From IMG/VR virus record IMGVR_UViG_3300023105_003457, positions 1 to 64,000 of that record: a DNA stretch of 64,000 nt; one strand, given 5' to 3'. A program made the translations under genes and the position numbers. The first letter of the stretch is position 1; every line of letters begins with the position of its first letter. The notes below the pieces were generated by a model that did no database searches, was not told where the DNA came from, and was given only the letters and a program-made list of their open reading frames with translations. The DNA comes from a virus (taxonomy: Duplodnaviria; Caudoviricetes). Shown piece after piece: positions 1 to 9,569 of the stretch.

Positions 1-204
1 TTACGCTATTTCAAAAGGTTCACTCACCAATTTCTCTGTGGCAAGTTTAGCATCAATTTCTTCTTCAAGACTTTTGATACGCTTATTGAGTGCATTTACA
101 ATACTAACACGGGTAGCACCGTGTTCAATATTATCGTGCGTCATTTCGATACAGTGTTTTACTGCTTCCAGTTCTTCTAACAGTTCTTCTTTGTTGATTT
201 CCAC
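1..204 (-). CDS. hypothetical coiled-coil protein
   Basis: ORF with GTG start after GGAGG; sigma70-like TTGACA-N17-TATAAT on minus strand at ~239-267. Confidence 0.6.
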   Translation of the reverse strand: MEINKEELLEELEAVKHCIEMTHDNIEHGATRVSIVNALNKRIKSLEEEIDAKLATEKLVSEPFEIA

Positions 205-561
205 GTTGCCTCCTCGGCTTTGTTAACTTACACTTACTATTATACTAAAGTATTAGGAGATGTCAAGTCATTTTGGCAAAACGCATTGCCAACTTTAAGT
301 TGACACAGTTATGCAAAAATAGCAACACTGTCTTGCACAAAAAACAGTTGATTTATCTCAAAAAACATAGTATATTATAAAGTATTAATATAAATACAAA
401 TGTTGCAACGCAAGATGCAATATTCACATACAGACACTTGGATAGACAAGGGCGTAATCCACGCCTTACAAGCGATTGACGACTACCAAAGGTAGTTGCA
501 CCGCCGGGGAAGTTCCGGGGTATTGCTTTCCTCAAGCATCCATACATCAAAGGAGAGAACA

Positions 562-762
562 ATGACACGATTAATGCGTGGTCTGATGTCTTGGATGAAA
601 CGCGGCAAATCTACTAGCCGTGATGAACTCTTGACTTGGGCCCAAACTGAGTACAAAAAAGATTGGCGTTTTGCTTATCAATTTATGTTAGACCATAACG
701 GTCGAGCACCATCACTTAGAGAAATAAACGGACCTGCTTATGTCCGTAAGGAGGTGGCTTAA
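562..762 (+). CDS. hypothetical protein (start reassigned to ATG 562)
   Basis: AAGGAG SD at ~549-554 precedes ATG 562; first gene of a coupled small-ORF operon. Confidence 0.65.
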   Translation: MTRLMRGLMSWMKRGKSTSRDELLTWAQTEYKKDWRFAYQFMLDHNGRAPSLREINGPAYVRKEVA

Positions 763-921
763 ATGCTACGCTTCCTTAAAAAACTATTCACTTTTTCACA
801 ACGCGACTGGGACGAAGACTATCTGTCTCGTGCTACTGACCATGCTGACCTTGAACGTCGTATCAGGGAACTTGATAGGCGCCAGGTCATTACCGGACCG
901 TTTGGGTACAAAAGAACTTAA
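763..921 (+). CDS. DUF3563-like small protein (52 aa, not in ORF track)
   Basis: MLRFLKKLFTFSQRDWDEDYLSRATDHADLERRIRELDRR...; EDYL..A.D..DLERR.R.LDR pattern resembles proteobacterial DUF3563; GGAGG SD; abuts previous stop. Confidence 0.6.
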   Translation: MLRFLKKLFTFSQRDWDEDYLSRATDHADLERRIRELDRRQVITGPFGYKRT

Positions 922-947
922 CATATACACACAGAGGAGATTATAAA

Positions 948-1202
948 ATGTTATTATGGGAACGATTTAAAAACGCTTGTACTTCAGCAGGCTATGCTAG
1001 AGCGGCAAGTCAACTTGCTAGCCAAGGACATTATGAAGAAGCAAAGAACCTTATGCTTAATGGTATGAAAGAAACTGTTGAACGTAAGAAGGCTATTCAA
1101 AGACTTGAAAGAGTTAAGAAAGCCAAATGGAATTATGAGCCAGGTGATCATTATATGAAAGGTCACAAGGTTGCATTTTGGAAGGGACACGCAGATGCTT
1201 AA
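948..1202 (+). CDS. hypothetical protein
   Basis: GAGGAG SD; 84-aa ORF in operon. Confidence 0.65.
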   Translation: MLLWERFKNACTSAGYARAASQLASQGHYEEAKNLMLNGMKETVERKKAIQRLERVKKAKWNYEPGDHYMKGHKVAFWKGHADA

Positions 1203-1299
1203 GACTTTTTGGAATGCAGTTGTGCCTATGGCAGTTATGCTATCAGTACTATCAGGCTTTATGATACTAAACGGAATGTTCTGGGGAGGAATGTTATAA
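1195..1299 (+). CDS. small membrane peptide (34 aa)
   Basis: MLKTFWNAVVPMAVMLSVLSGFMILNGMFWGGML; one hydrophobic helix; overlaps neighbours. Confidence 0.5.
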   Translation: MLKTFWNAVVPMAVMLSVLSGFMILNGMFWGGML

Positions 1300-1367
1300 T
1301 GTTAAATTGGATGCCTTACACTGACGAAGAATGGGAATACCAAAGTAAACCTAAACCTTCGAAGTAA
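1299..1367 (+). CDS. 22-aa peptide MLNWMPYTDEEWEYQSKPKPSK
   Basis: TAATG coupling with previous ORF, GGAGG SD, followed by hairpin. Confidence 0.45.
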   Translation: MLNWMPYTDEEWEYQSKPKPSK

Positions 1368-1375
1368 TCAAAAAA

Positions 1376-1409
1376 GTAGGGGAGCCGCCCGTCAAGATGA
1401 CTCCCCTAC
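1376..1409. terminator. hairpin between convergent genes
   Basis: GTAGGGGAG...CTCCCCTAC inverted repeat flanked by A/T runs. Confidence 0.55.
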
Positions 1410-1440
1410 AACTTTGCCTTTTAAGTTGTTTTATATAATT

Positions 1441-1659
1441 TTATTTTTGGAAAATTTTATATAGAACTGCGGCCGCAACTAAACCAACTAAACCTTGAGA
1501 GCCTAGTGTAGCAACGATGCCAGTAATGGTACCGATGATGTCACCGCCAATAAAAGGAACCGTACCACCAAAGATAATTTGTAGCACGATTGCTAATGAG
1601 ATGAGAGCGACTCCTGCTTCAGTTGCCTCTTTCATCCAACCTACGACTTGTTTTAACAT
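1441..1659 (-). CDS. small membrane protein
   Basis: 72 aa, two hydrophobic segments, AGGAG SD. Confidence 0.7.
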   Translation of the reverse strand: MLKQVVGWMKEATEAGVALISLAIVLQIIFGGTVPFIGGDIIGTITGIVATLGSQGLVGLVAAAVLYKIFQK

Positions 1660-1782
1660 ATTAAGTCTCCTTTATTATTAAACAACTGTTGATATTCTCA
1701 ACAGTGTTTTATTTAGGTAATGAGAAATAAAAGTAAAACTACCATAAATGGTTTAAGGTGTCTAAATTAATGATTTTCATTA

Positions 1783-1810
1783 TTGACTTTTACCATTAAC
1801 CGTGTATAAT
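1783..1810 (+). promoter_or_regulatory. sigma70-type promoter for pqqA
   Basis: TTGACT-N16-TATAAT. Confidence 0.6.
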
Positions 1811-1895
1811 TATTATTGTAGACTCAAAGAGGACCTGTTTAACTCTCCTCCGATCTGTTTACATTTTGTTAATACTTTAGAAAAGGAGAAACATT

Positions 1896-1967
1896 ATGTG
1901 GACAAAACCTACATTTACTGAAATGCGTTTTGGCTTTGAAGTCACTATGTACGTGATGAACAAGTAG
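1896..1967 (+). CDS. pqqA: pyrroloquinoline quinone precursor peptide PqqA (23 aa, not in ORF track)
   Basis: MWTKPTFTEMRFGFEVTMYVMNK: MW.KP leader and the E-x-x-x-Y (EVTMY) motif; AAGGAG SD; own promoter and terminator. Confidence 0.93.
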   Translation: MWTKPTFTEMRFGFEVTMYVMNK

Positions 1968-1974
1968 TAAACGC

Positions 1975-2005
1975 TGGGGGGTCTTAGGATCCCCCATTTT
2001 ATTTT
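1975..2005 (+). terminator. intrinsic terminator after pqqA
   Basis: TGGGGGGTC-ttag-GATCCCCCA stem followed by TTTTATTTT. Confidence 0.7.
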
Positions 2006-2017
2006 AAGGAAGATACT

Positions 2018-2239
2018 ATGGAAAAAGCACCAAACCCAAGTGGATGGGGACTTCTTGTCATTGTAGGATTTTTAGTATTAGTAATTTGGCTTGGTCCTAA
2101 CAAACCTATACCAGAGATAAGTGACGATGTGCAACACGGAACAATTGATTGTAGTCAAGGACTTGATCAGTTAACTCCAACTCAAATAGAGTTGTGTATA
2201 GATATACAATCATTTAGCGAAGGATCAGATTATGAATAA
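2018..2239 (+). CDS. single-TM hypothetical protein
   Basis: N-terminal hydrophobic helix; AAGGA SD. Confidence 0.6.
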   Translation: MEKAPNPSGWGLLVIVGFLVLVIWLGPNKPIPEISDDVQHGTIDCSQGLDQLTPTQIELCIDIQSFSEGSDYE

Positions 2240-2342
2240 AATGGAATGGATAGGAGTCTTAGGAATACTAGTAGTAGTTGTAATAATGCTGACTGGATGT
2301 GCAGGATACGACTTAGTTTGGGGATATGATTATCCAAAATAG
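2232..2342 (+). CDS. tiny predicted lipoprotein (36 aa)
   Basis: MNKMEWIGVLGILVVVVIMLTGC-AGYDLVWGYDYPK; lipobox LTGC. Confidence 0.5.
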   Translation: MNKMEWIGVLGILVVVVIMLTGCAGYDLVWGYDYPK

Positions 2343-2440
2343 TAATTTTTTTCATTGACATTACTAAATAAACGTGTTATATTATTAGAGTTATAGTAAT
2401 ATAACAGACACATTAAAACACACACACAGAAGGAGAAAAA

Positions 2441-2755
2441 ATGATGTCATTTGATCAAGTAGAAAAAAGCGTTAAACAAGGCGCTGAATACGTTCAAGAA
2501 AAAGTAAAAGAAGCAATGCCAAAAGTATCGTTCAACAAGAACGGTTATGAAATCCGTACACAAGTATTGGATATGGCAAAACAATTCACAGAGTTCGAAC
2601 ATTCACAAAAGTGGATGGGTTGGGAAATTACGCAGAAGCGTGATGAAAAAACTGGTGAGATTGTTTCAAAAGTAGGTATGCCAGAAGTACCAGGTGTAGA
2701 CCACGTACTTGAGTATGCTGAAAAGTTTTACGACTTCATCAACAAAACAAAATAA
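2441..2755 (+). CDS. hypothetical protein
   Basis: AAGGAG SD; TTGACA promoter at ~2355; terminator downstream. Confidence 0.75.
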   Translation: MMSFDQVEKSVKQGAEYVQEKVKEAMPKVSFNKNGYEIRTQVLDMAKQFTEFEHSQKWMGWEITQKRDEKTGEIVSKVGMPEVPGVDHVLEYAEKFYDFINKTK

Positions 2756-2781
2756 TCAATTACAGTAAGTAAAATTGACTT

Positions 2782-2812
2782 AAAGGGCGGTGCTTCGGTG
2801 TCGCCCTTTTTT
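2782..2812. terminator. bidirectional intrinsic terminator
   Basis: AAAGGGCGGTGC-TTCG-GTGTCGCCCTTTTTT between convergent genes. Confidence 0.75.
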
Positions 2813-3503
2813 AGTAGTGGAAAAAGAATACTTGGTTTCTACGAACCTCGTTGTGCCAACGGTTGCTTTCAATAGCCATACCATGATAAATTAAACTAGG
2901 AAATATAATTGCTCTATTATATTTGCTAGGAATGTTTCCGCCTTTGATCCATCTGTCTTTAGGACTCCAGGGGTCAATATGTTCTGCGTTTCTTTCATGT
3001 CCTGTACGTATAGCACTATCAAATCCATGCTGTGCAATCATCTTTGGAAAACCTTGTCTATGGTAAAGGTTGGTTCCTTCACAGCCACCTTCGTTCAAAT
3101 AGATTAATGCTGTCCAACCATGATCTAAATGTGGCCACCACCAATGTGTTTCATGTTTATCGAACTCTGAATCATAAAACGTAAATGTATTTGTTAGTAT
3201 TGTTGACGGCTCGTTCTTATATTCTTTGGCTCCACAGATAGTTGCCAGTGTTAGAGAAACACCTTCCATTCCAGGGTGTGTGCCCGAGTGTCTTCTATCA
3301 GCAAACTTCTTACCATTAAGGCTTTCTGGATCACCTTCTTTGAATAAAGTATATTTGCATTTGGTATCAAGATATTCGTTTACTCGATCAGGAAATGCAT
3401 AAAAGTCATCTATCTGCCAATAGTGGCGCTCATAATACGGAAGGTCAATCTTCTGAACATCCGCATCGGAATTCATCATAAATGGATTATCAATACTACT
3501 CAT
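2811..3503 (-). CDS. 2OG-Fe(II) oxygenase-like protein (DUF6445-like)
   Basis: PHLD...ALIYLN...GTNLY...YNRAIIF...HG...R facial-triad pattern. Confidence 0.7.
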   Translation of the reverse strand: MSSIDNPFMMNSDADVQKIDLPYYERHYWQIDDFYAFPDRVNEYLDTKCKYTLFKEGDPESLNGKKFADRRHSGTHPGMEGVSLTLATICGAKEYKNEPSTILTNTFTFYDSEFDKHETHWWWPHLDHGWTALIYLNEGGCEGTNLYHRQGFPKMIAQHGFDSAIRTGHERNAEHIDPWSPKDRWIKGGNIPSKYNRAIIFPSLIYHGMAIESNRWHNEVRRNQVFFFHY

Positions 3504-3527
3504 AGCAATATTTAATATCTCAAAAAA

Positions 3528-4805
3528 CTAAATTGACATAAGTTGATATTTTGCTAATAGAGCAGGATCATCTATAGAATGTTTTGGTTTAATATCTAAC
3601 CCTTGTACTATGCATAACCAACTAAACACATCGTACCACTGCCAATTGTTTTGTTTGATATAATCAAAATCATTTTCTACAATTAACTTTTGGTATGTTT
3701 TATCAAACCATTTAGCATTTTTTTGATTAGTCCAAAACTCTGTATTGCTGTTAGGATTATCAATATAATGTAATTTAAGAAAGGTTCTTATTTCGTGTGC
3801 TGATTTGTATAGTTCAGCATTAAACTCGTCAACTGTCATACTAGAAGCAAACACTTTGTCTAATAAATCTAGTTCTGTTATTGTAAATTCTATGTTAGTT
3901 GCTTCCATTGGCTCTACAAAATGTGCTGATAATCCTATTGCTACAATGTTGCCTTTCATTATATTCTTTTGTACACCAACATCAAATTTTATAGTTCTAG
4001 CATCTGGAACACCTATTTCTTGTCGTGCTTGATCTGGATTGATATAACTGCTGTCAAATACATATCCTCTGCCGGCACGATCTTTTGTGTGTATTGTCCA
4101 ACACCAACCATATTCTTTTGCTTCTAAGATAGTATATGGACAAAACTCTTTGAATGGTTCATTCCAAACTACTGCACTATCTACAACTCCTTTATCATTC
4201 CAAGATTCAAAGTCGTCGTTGCCAACTAACACTTTATGAAATCCTGTGCAATCAACAAAATAGTCTGCTGTGATTTCTTGTCCGTTATCTAGTACAACAC
4301 TCTTTATGTTGTTGCCGTTTCTTTTAACATTTGATACTTGCTGTTTAATAATTGTTATTTTATTCTTTAACAGTTTTTCAAGGTATTGTGGTACGAGTCC
4401 TGCTTGCCAATGTATTGCTACACCTTCTAAACTATTGGGTACTTGTTTGTTAACTACAAGATTATAAAAATTTGATAATGGTGCTACTGGTTGATTATTA
4501 GTGTACGCCCAAGTGCTTACATCTAAAAACTCTTGATCATCTCTAATATTAAAAGGATGGCAGTATTCTTTTTTACTAAAGTTTACATGATAGGTTGCAA
4601 GTTTTATTGCACCGTTGACCTCTTTAATGTATTCCTGTAAATCTATGCCCTGCCTTAACAGCCATTCTACTAGTCTGTCTGTAGTAGACTCTCCAACTCC
4701 AACTGTTGGAATGCTACTGTCTATGATAGTTATTTTATGATTCTTGCTTAACGACAATGCAGATAGCCATCCTGCTGTTCCGCCACCTACAATTACTATG
4801 TTCAT
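3528..4805 (-). CDS. tryptophan halogenase-family flavoprotein
   Basis: GGGTAG FAD motif, GVGEST, DCTGF, GWCWTIH (variant WxWxIP), FVEPMEAT. Confidence 0.85.
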   Translation of the reverse strand: MNIVIVGGGTAGWLSALSLSKNHKITIIDSSIPTVGVGESTTDRLVEWLLRQGIDLQEYIKEVNGAIKLATYHVNFSKKEYCHPFNIRDDQEFLDVSTWAYTNNQPVAPLSNFYNLVVNKQVPNSLEGVAIHWQAGLVPQYLEKLLKNKITIIKQQVSNVKRNGNNIKSVVLDNGQEITADYFVDCTGFHKVLVGNDDFESWNDKGVVDSAVVWNEPFKEFCPYTILEAKEYGWCWTIHTKDRAGRGYVFDSSYINPDQARQEIGVPDARTIKFDVGVQKNIMKGNIVAIGLSAHFVEPMEATNIEFTITELDLLDKVFASSMTVDEFNAELYKSAHEIRTFLKLHYIDNPNSNTEFWTNQKNAKWFDKTYQKLIVENDFDYIKQNNWQWYDVFSWLCIVQGLDIKPKHSIDDPALLAKYQLMSI

Positions 4806-5371
4806 ATCTTTTCTAACAACTCGCCTGCCGTGCCTTCTATTACTGGAATATCATATTCGTCAATGATTCTTTTGTAATTGCTATCCCACAAAGGTTGTAG
4901 TTCTTCACTTGCCGCTGGACCTTTTCTAATGTGGTCTTCAATTAGTTTGTGTTCAGGATTATGTCTTACAAAATAAACTTCATTAAATTGTTTTGCTTGT
5001 TCAACAGCAAGTTCAAGATACTGTAAAGGTAGTGTACCTTTGCACATTCCCATAGCATATGCACACTCATTAAACACAACATAGTCTAGTGGTAAACGTT
5101 TTACAATAAAAACATCTGCACTGTATTCGTGTTCAAGCATTTGACTCCAGTGTCTGTGATACAACCAAGCACAACTGTCTAAGTTTCCGCCTATCTCTTT
5201 GGCTAATAGTTCGCTGTCCATAAACATTGTACTGCGAACAGTTTCGGGCATATACGTGACATTAACTCCACGTTTACCCATTTTTTCTCTTTCTAATAAT
5301 TTAATAGCAACTGTGTTTTTGCCTACGCCATGGGCACCTACTACTGCTATTCTTTTGTCTGATACACTCAT
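4802..5371 (-). CDS. P-loop NTPase / nucleotide kinase-like protein
   Basis: N-terminal GAHGVGKN Walker A; NadR/AAA_28-like layout. Confidence 0.65.
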   Translation of the reverse strand: MSVSDKRIAVVGAHGVGKNTVAIKLLEREKMGKRGVNVTYMPETVRSTMFMDSELLAKEIGGNLDSCAWLYHRHWSQMLEHEYSADVFIVKRLPLDYVVFNECAYAMGMCKGTLPLQYLELAVEQAKQFNEVYFVRHNPEHKLIEDHIRKGPAASEELQPLWDSNYKRIIDEYDIPVIEGTAGELLEKI

Positions 5372-5973
5372 TGGTTTAAACTATCCTTTGTATATATGTT
5401 ATCTTTATCTTGTATATCATACTGCGAGATGTGAGTAGGGTTTAGGGTATTAATATTATACTCTAAACCAAATATTGTGTATTTGTATCTTGGTTTTACA
5501 ATTGGCGCATTAAGTTCTGCAAACCATTTTCTAACCCATTCAACATTGTTATGCAAAAAATATATTTTTCTTAGATGATTTACATTATCTCCGTAGTAAA
5601 CTCCAACTCCACTTTTTAAAATATCAATTCTACTTCCAGGTGGCAAAGAAGGTAATGGATGTCTAGGTAAGTTTTGATCGTAAACTTTTAATACTCGTTG
5701 TTGTTTATCTAAGAAACATTCAACAGCATAATAGTCACAGAACACATGATAATTTTCAACAGCAAACTCTTGTTTTATTTCTTCACTAGGGTAAACATCA
5801 AATGTTAGATTAACTTTTTGTTTGTTGACATCATAACTAATCATCTGTAAGCCATCAAAGTTTGTATTAGGCCATACAGCCAATACCATTGCTTTGTATT
5901 CTAACGCCGCATTGCCGTTAGCATCTACAAATACTTCGTTTGCTCCGTCACTACTGTACTTTGTTTCAATCAT
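5368..5973 (-). CDS. hypothetical protein in radical SAM cluster
   Basis: 201-aa ORF overlapping both neighbours. Confidence 0.7.
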   Translation of the reverse strand: MIETKYSSDGANEVFVDANGNAALEYKAMVLAVWPNTNFDGLQMISYDVNKQKVNLTFDVYPSEEIKQEFAVENYHVFCDYYAVECFLDKQQRVLKVYDQNLPRHPLPSLPPGSRIDILKSGVGVYYGDNVNHLRKIYFLHNNVEWVRKWFAELNAPIVKPRYKYTIFGLEYNINTLNPTHISQYDIQDKDNIYTKDSLNQ

Positions 5974-6379
5974 CTAACATCATTTCCTTACGGTAGTAAT
6001 TGTAAACATCAGGCACCATACCTTTCATAGGTATTGGCCAATCAATTATATCAAATAGATAATCATATACCTCTGGACTTTCGTCATAGGTTTTATAATA
6101 TGGATCGTTTCCAGCAAGTAGCATAGGGTCTCTTAAAAGTTTCCAAAAGTCCTCGTCAAAGTCTTGGCTAATCCAATACGCATAACAATATGCTACTACA
6201 TAACTTTTGCTTGGATATATCCATTCATCTACGTATTCAAAAAAGTGTCGAGCGGCATCTTCTTTGACTGCTGTAGACATTTTTATATCAACTTGATTAA
6301 GATCATCAGAGTGTTGAGTATTCAAACGATGGTATACTTCTTGTCTAACTTTCCAGTCCTGCATCGTATCGTTCTCCAT
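5966..6379 (-). CDS. hypothetical protein in radical SAM cluster
   Basis: 137-aa acidic/aromatic ORF coupled to radical SAM gene. Confidence 0.7.
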   Translation of the reverse strand: MENDTMQDWKVRQEVYHRLNTQHSDDLNQVDIKMSTAVKEDAARHFFEYVDEWIYPSKSYVVAYCYAYWISQDFDEDFWKLLRDPMLLAGNDPYYKTYDESPEVYDYLFDIIDWPIPMKGMVPDVYNYYRKEMMLDD

Positions 6380-7274
6380 AGTAATCTAACAATCCTTTAT
6401 AACCATTACAACCGTTATCTAAGTTTTTAACATATCGATAGTGTTCTGTTAAACAGATACCGTAGTAATCGCACTTCTTACAGATATCAGAACAATTTTT
6501 TTCTGGTTCTTGTTCTGCCCACTGCTTATACTCTTTATAAGAATCTAATTCTAAAAAGTATTCTTTATCGTGTTTATCAAATTCTAATACTCCAAACTTT
6601 CCATTTGGCGTAATGTACACATGGTCGTTTGAAAATGCGTTTCGTAGACCAACTAAACTTTCATTTATGTGTTGCTTATTAATAAATTTAAAGTTCTTTT
6701 TTATAGGACTTTCTAACCATTTGATAACAAACTGTTCAAAGTCTTTGTGCGTGACATTATGTGCATTTGCTTGATTAATACTGTAAGGTTTAATTTCTAC
6801 ACTTTCAATTGAACTGCATAGGTTTAACTGTTGTATCATACTATCCACATTCATATCAAGTACTTTAGGACTTGCAAGAATTAAAACAGCAATAGGCACA
6901 GGACTTTGTAGCATATTATAAAATACTTTGTCGTATTTTTCTCTTGCTTCAAAATCATAACTTACACTTAGATAAAAGTCTTTTTCAAAAAATCCATCGT
7001 GAAGCATAGAAAAGTTTGTATTAATGTTTATTGTTCCGCGATAATGTTTTTGTATTACATCACGCATCTCATAAAAATATTCTTTTTTAAGAGCACCAAC
7101 TTCGCCGCCATACAAATCAATATGATCTATTGTATCTTCCATTCTTATTTCCATTAACATATCGTCTAGTCTTTTAAGATCTATTTTATTTTGATCTGCT
7201 AGTTGCTCTTGTGTGAGATAACAAAAGTCACATCTAAAATTACAAAAGTATGTAGGGTTAATGGAAACGTTCAT
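6345..7274 (-). CDS. radical SAM enzyme with C-terminal Cys cluster
   Basis: CNFRCDFC, YGGE, C-terminal CxxCxxxxxC...C. Confidence 0.9.
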   Translation of the reverse strand: MNVSINPTYFCNFRCDFCYLTQEQLADQNKIDLKRLDDMLMEIRMEDTIDHIDLYGGEVGALKKEYFYEMRDVIQKHYRGTININTNFSMLHDGFFEKDFYLSVSYDFEAREKYDKVFYNMLQSPVPIAVLILASPKVLDMNVDSMIQQLNLCSSIESVEIKPYSINQANAHNVTHKDFEQFVIKWLESPIKKNFKFINKQHINESLVGLRNAFSNDHVYITPNGKFGVLEFDKHDKEYFLELDSYKEYKQWAEQEPEKNCSDICKKCDYYGICLTEHYRYVKNLDNGCNGYKGLLDYYGERYDAGLES

Positions 7275-7818
7275 CCGGAAACTCCATTATAATTTTGTTC
7301 AATAATAATTTTTTACTAAATCTAGAAAATAGCAAACGTGTTAGTAGACTACTATTTTTAAATAAACCAATGTAAAGATATTCGTAGTGATTATAGTTTT
7401 TTAAAAATAACTTATTCATATATTCTACTTCTGCTTTTTTATCTTCTAACTCTAATACTTTACGCAATGATTGATTTGTATTGTTAACTTTCTTTCTAGT
7501 TTCAAAATATAAACCAGGTATATGTTGTATACGATGAACAATGTTATGCATCCTAATATCAATATCGTTTCCGCCAAGTGCTAACATAACATACCAATTC
7601 ATATTTTGCTTGTCGTAATAGTGTCCTTCACAACTGCTAATAGGCAAGTATCCTTTGTCTAATAAGGCTTTTATATGAGGTCTAACACCAGGCTCTAATT
7701 CGTCAAAGAATTCTTTATCATAAGGACTTACTGTCAGTGCAACATAGCCTGTTTCGTAAACATCATTAGCATTTTTTGAAGCGTGTATTCTTCCGTTATC
7801 AAAAACTTTATTCTTCAA
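7258..7818 (-). CDS. hypothetical protein with SSCEGH motif
   Basis: ELEPGV...L..KGY.PISSCEGH; coupled in cluster. Confidence 0.65.
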   Translation of the reverse strand: MKNKVFDNGRIHASKNANDVYETGYVALTVSPYDKEFFDELEPGVRPHIKALLDKGYLPISSCEGHYYDKQNMNWYVMLALGGNDIDIRMHNIVHRIQHIPGLYFETRKKVNNTNQSLRKVLELEDKKAEVEYMNKLFLKNYNHYEYLYIGLFKNSSLLTRLLFSRFSKKLLLNKIIMEFPDERFH

Positions 7819-8497
7819 TGTCGTACTCCTTTATCTTGTTGTTTTCCCAAACAGACTTATATCCGCAACTTACAATTACACTGTGACGTAGAGTGTTTGT
7901 TGTATTAACTCTGTGAACAAAACAAGGATTGTAATTGTTTAATACTATTAACTTATTTGTTTCTATTTTTATTTTACCCGTTGTTTCAACATTGCCTTCA
8001 ATATGATTTAGACCTTTTGCTGGTTGCCAATGCGGAAAACTATCAGTATCATTAACTTGAATTTGACTTACCTTTCCTACTTCAAATTCGCCACTATCCT
8101 GTGTTTCCATATAGAATAATAACTGTATTAGTGTTCCGTCAAAACCATCCCAATGCCACACCATATCAGTGCCTGCATTCATTCGATTCACACTTACTTT
8201 AAAGTTATCAAAGGTTCCGTATATTTCATTCCAGTATTTGAAGTACGGCTCTGCTAGAACTTGTTTTATGATATCAACATACTTCTGTTGATTAGCGTAG
8301 AAGTTATCATCTAGATCTAAATAATCTCGATCCCATAAAGGATTTTCAATACCAGGATATGTGCCTTTTCCATATTGTTCAGTAAGAACAAAGCCTGCTA
8401 AATGATTTGTTATTGTATCATCTACGTATAAAGTATCAAATCCTTTTTCAAAGAATGACTGTAGGTTAGGAGAAGTTTTACTTAGATTCATTTTCAT
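7808..8497 (-). CDS. 2OG-Fe(II) oxygenase
   Basis: WHWDG (HxD), FVHRV (distal His), R of RxS; paralog of 9560..10216. Confidence 0.8.
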   Translation of the reverse strand: MKMNLSKTSPNLQSFFEKGFDTLYVDDTITNHLAGFVLTEQYGKGTYPGIENPLWDRDYLDLDDNFYANQQKYVDIIKQVLAEPYFKYWNEIYGTFDNFKVSVNRMNAGTDMVWHWDGFDGTLIQLLFYMETQDSGEFEVGKVSQIQVNDTDSFPHWQPAKGLNHIEGNVETTGKIKIETNKLIVLNNYNPCFVHRVNTTNTLRHSVIVSCGYKSVWENNKIKEYDIEE

Positions 8498-9569
8498 ACG
8501 GAGTGACTTCTACTCCCTCCAACCCGTTTGCTTTTAATATCTTAGGAGCAATCTGTTTCATCAAACGACAATGTGCTTCTACTACATTATGTTGTTTAAA
8601 GTCTTTAACTGTTTTTCTACAACCATTACATATATCAAACATAGGACAAGTATAACATGATTTTTTCATACTTGCAAGTTCAAAACTATCCTGAAGCGGT
8701 GTAAAAAATTCTCCGTTCATTTCACGTTCAAAGTTAATTGGCTTGTCCATATCATCTCCAAACGCACCACAACTGTAATAGTCGCCACCTGGATTCATAG
8801 CACGTATGCCTTCGTCACACTTTCTATTCTGTGGACAACTTGTAGCATTGCCTTTTAGTCTTTGCATCATTTGTTTGGTGTTGAACTCCCATGGAGCAAG
8901 TCCTGCTTCCCATATATCAATATAGGTTTTATACATTTTAGATAGTAAGTAAGGACGATCTTGTTCGCCACTACTCATTGCATAGTTAAGTTTACACTCA
9001 ACGCCTGTCTTATCCTGTCTATCAAAATTATGTAATGTTCCGCCAGGCTCAAGTCCTTCACTCATTTCCATAGCAAGTTCTACATTTTTAATTGCTAGAT
9101 GATCGTTAGTATCTGTGACTACACTAATAAAGTCCGGACGATAACCACAGTGTTCTAACATAGCATCTGATACTTTCCAAAAGTCCTCTACTGTGAATAA
9201 ACTGTAATCACCTTTAAGTCTTCCGTCACCGTAGTTAAAACTTGTTGTAATTCCTACACGTTCATTGTTAAAAAGGTCACGCCATTTTGTAGGCTTTACA
9301 TAAAATGGCCACAAATTTGTAGTAAGAGCAATACTAGTTTTGTAATTATTACTATCTAACCAATCTATTATACGCCAATAGTAATCTGGTTCCATCATTA
9401 ACGGATCACCACCATTAACAATTATTGTGTTTGTATTAGGATATCTTTTTAAAAACTTAAAAATGTGTTCATGATCTAATACAACTTTTCCATGCTCTGC
9501 AATTTTTGTGCTTGAACAAAACGTACATTTAAAATTACAAAGTTCAGTTGGTTTAATAATTAGTTCCAT
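8478..9569 (-). CDS. radical SAM/SPASM-domain enzyme
   Basis: IKPTELCNFKCTFC, GGDP; C-terminal C...YSC...CYTCPMFDICNGC...C. Confidence 0.9.
   Translation of the reverse strand: MELIIKPTELCNFKCTFCSSTKIAEHGKVVLDHEHIFKFLKRYPNTNTIIVNGGDPLMMEPDYYWRIIDWLDSNNYKTSIALTTNLWPFYVKPTKWRDLFNNERVGITTSFNYGDGRLKGDYSLFTVEDFWKVSDAMLEHCGYRPDFISVVTDTNDHLAIKNVELAMEMSEGLEPGGTLHNFDRQDKTGVECKLNYAMSSGEQDRPYLLSKMYKTYIDIWEAGLAPWEFNTKQMMQRLKGNATSCPQNRKCDEGIRAMNPGGDYYSCGAFGDDMDKPINFEREMNGEFFTPLQDSFELASMKKSCYTCPMFDICNGCRKTVKDFKQHNVVEAHCRLMKQIAPKILKANGLEGVEVTPYENESK

Noticed and set aside
496-561. Upstream TTG start extending ORF 562..762
   Set aside because: Runs through the structured leader; the strong SD sits before ATG 562.
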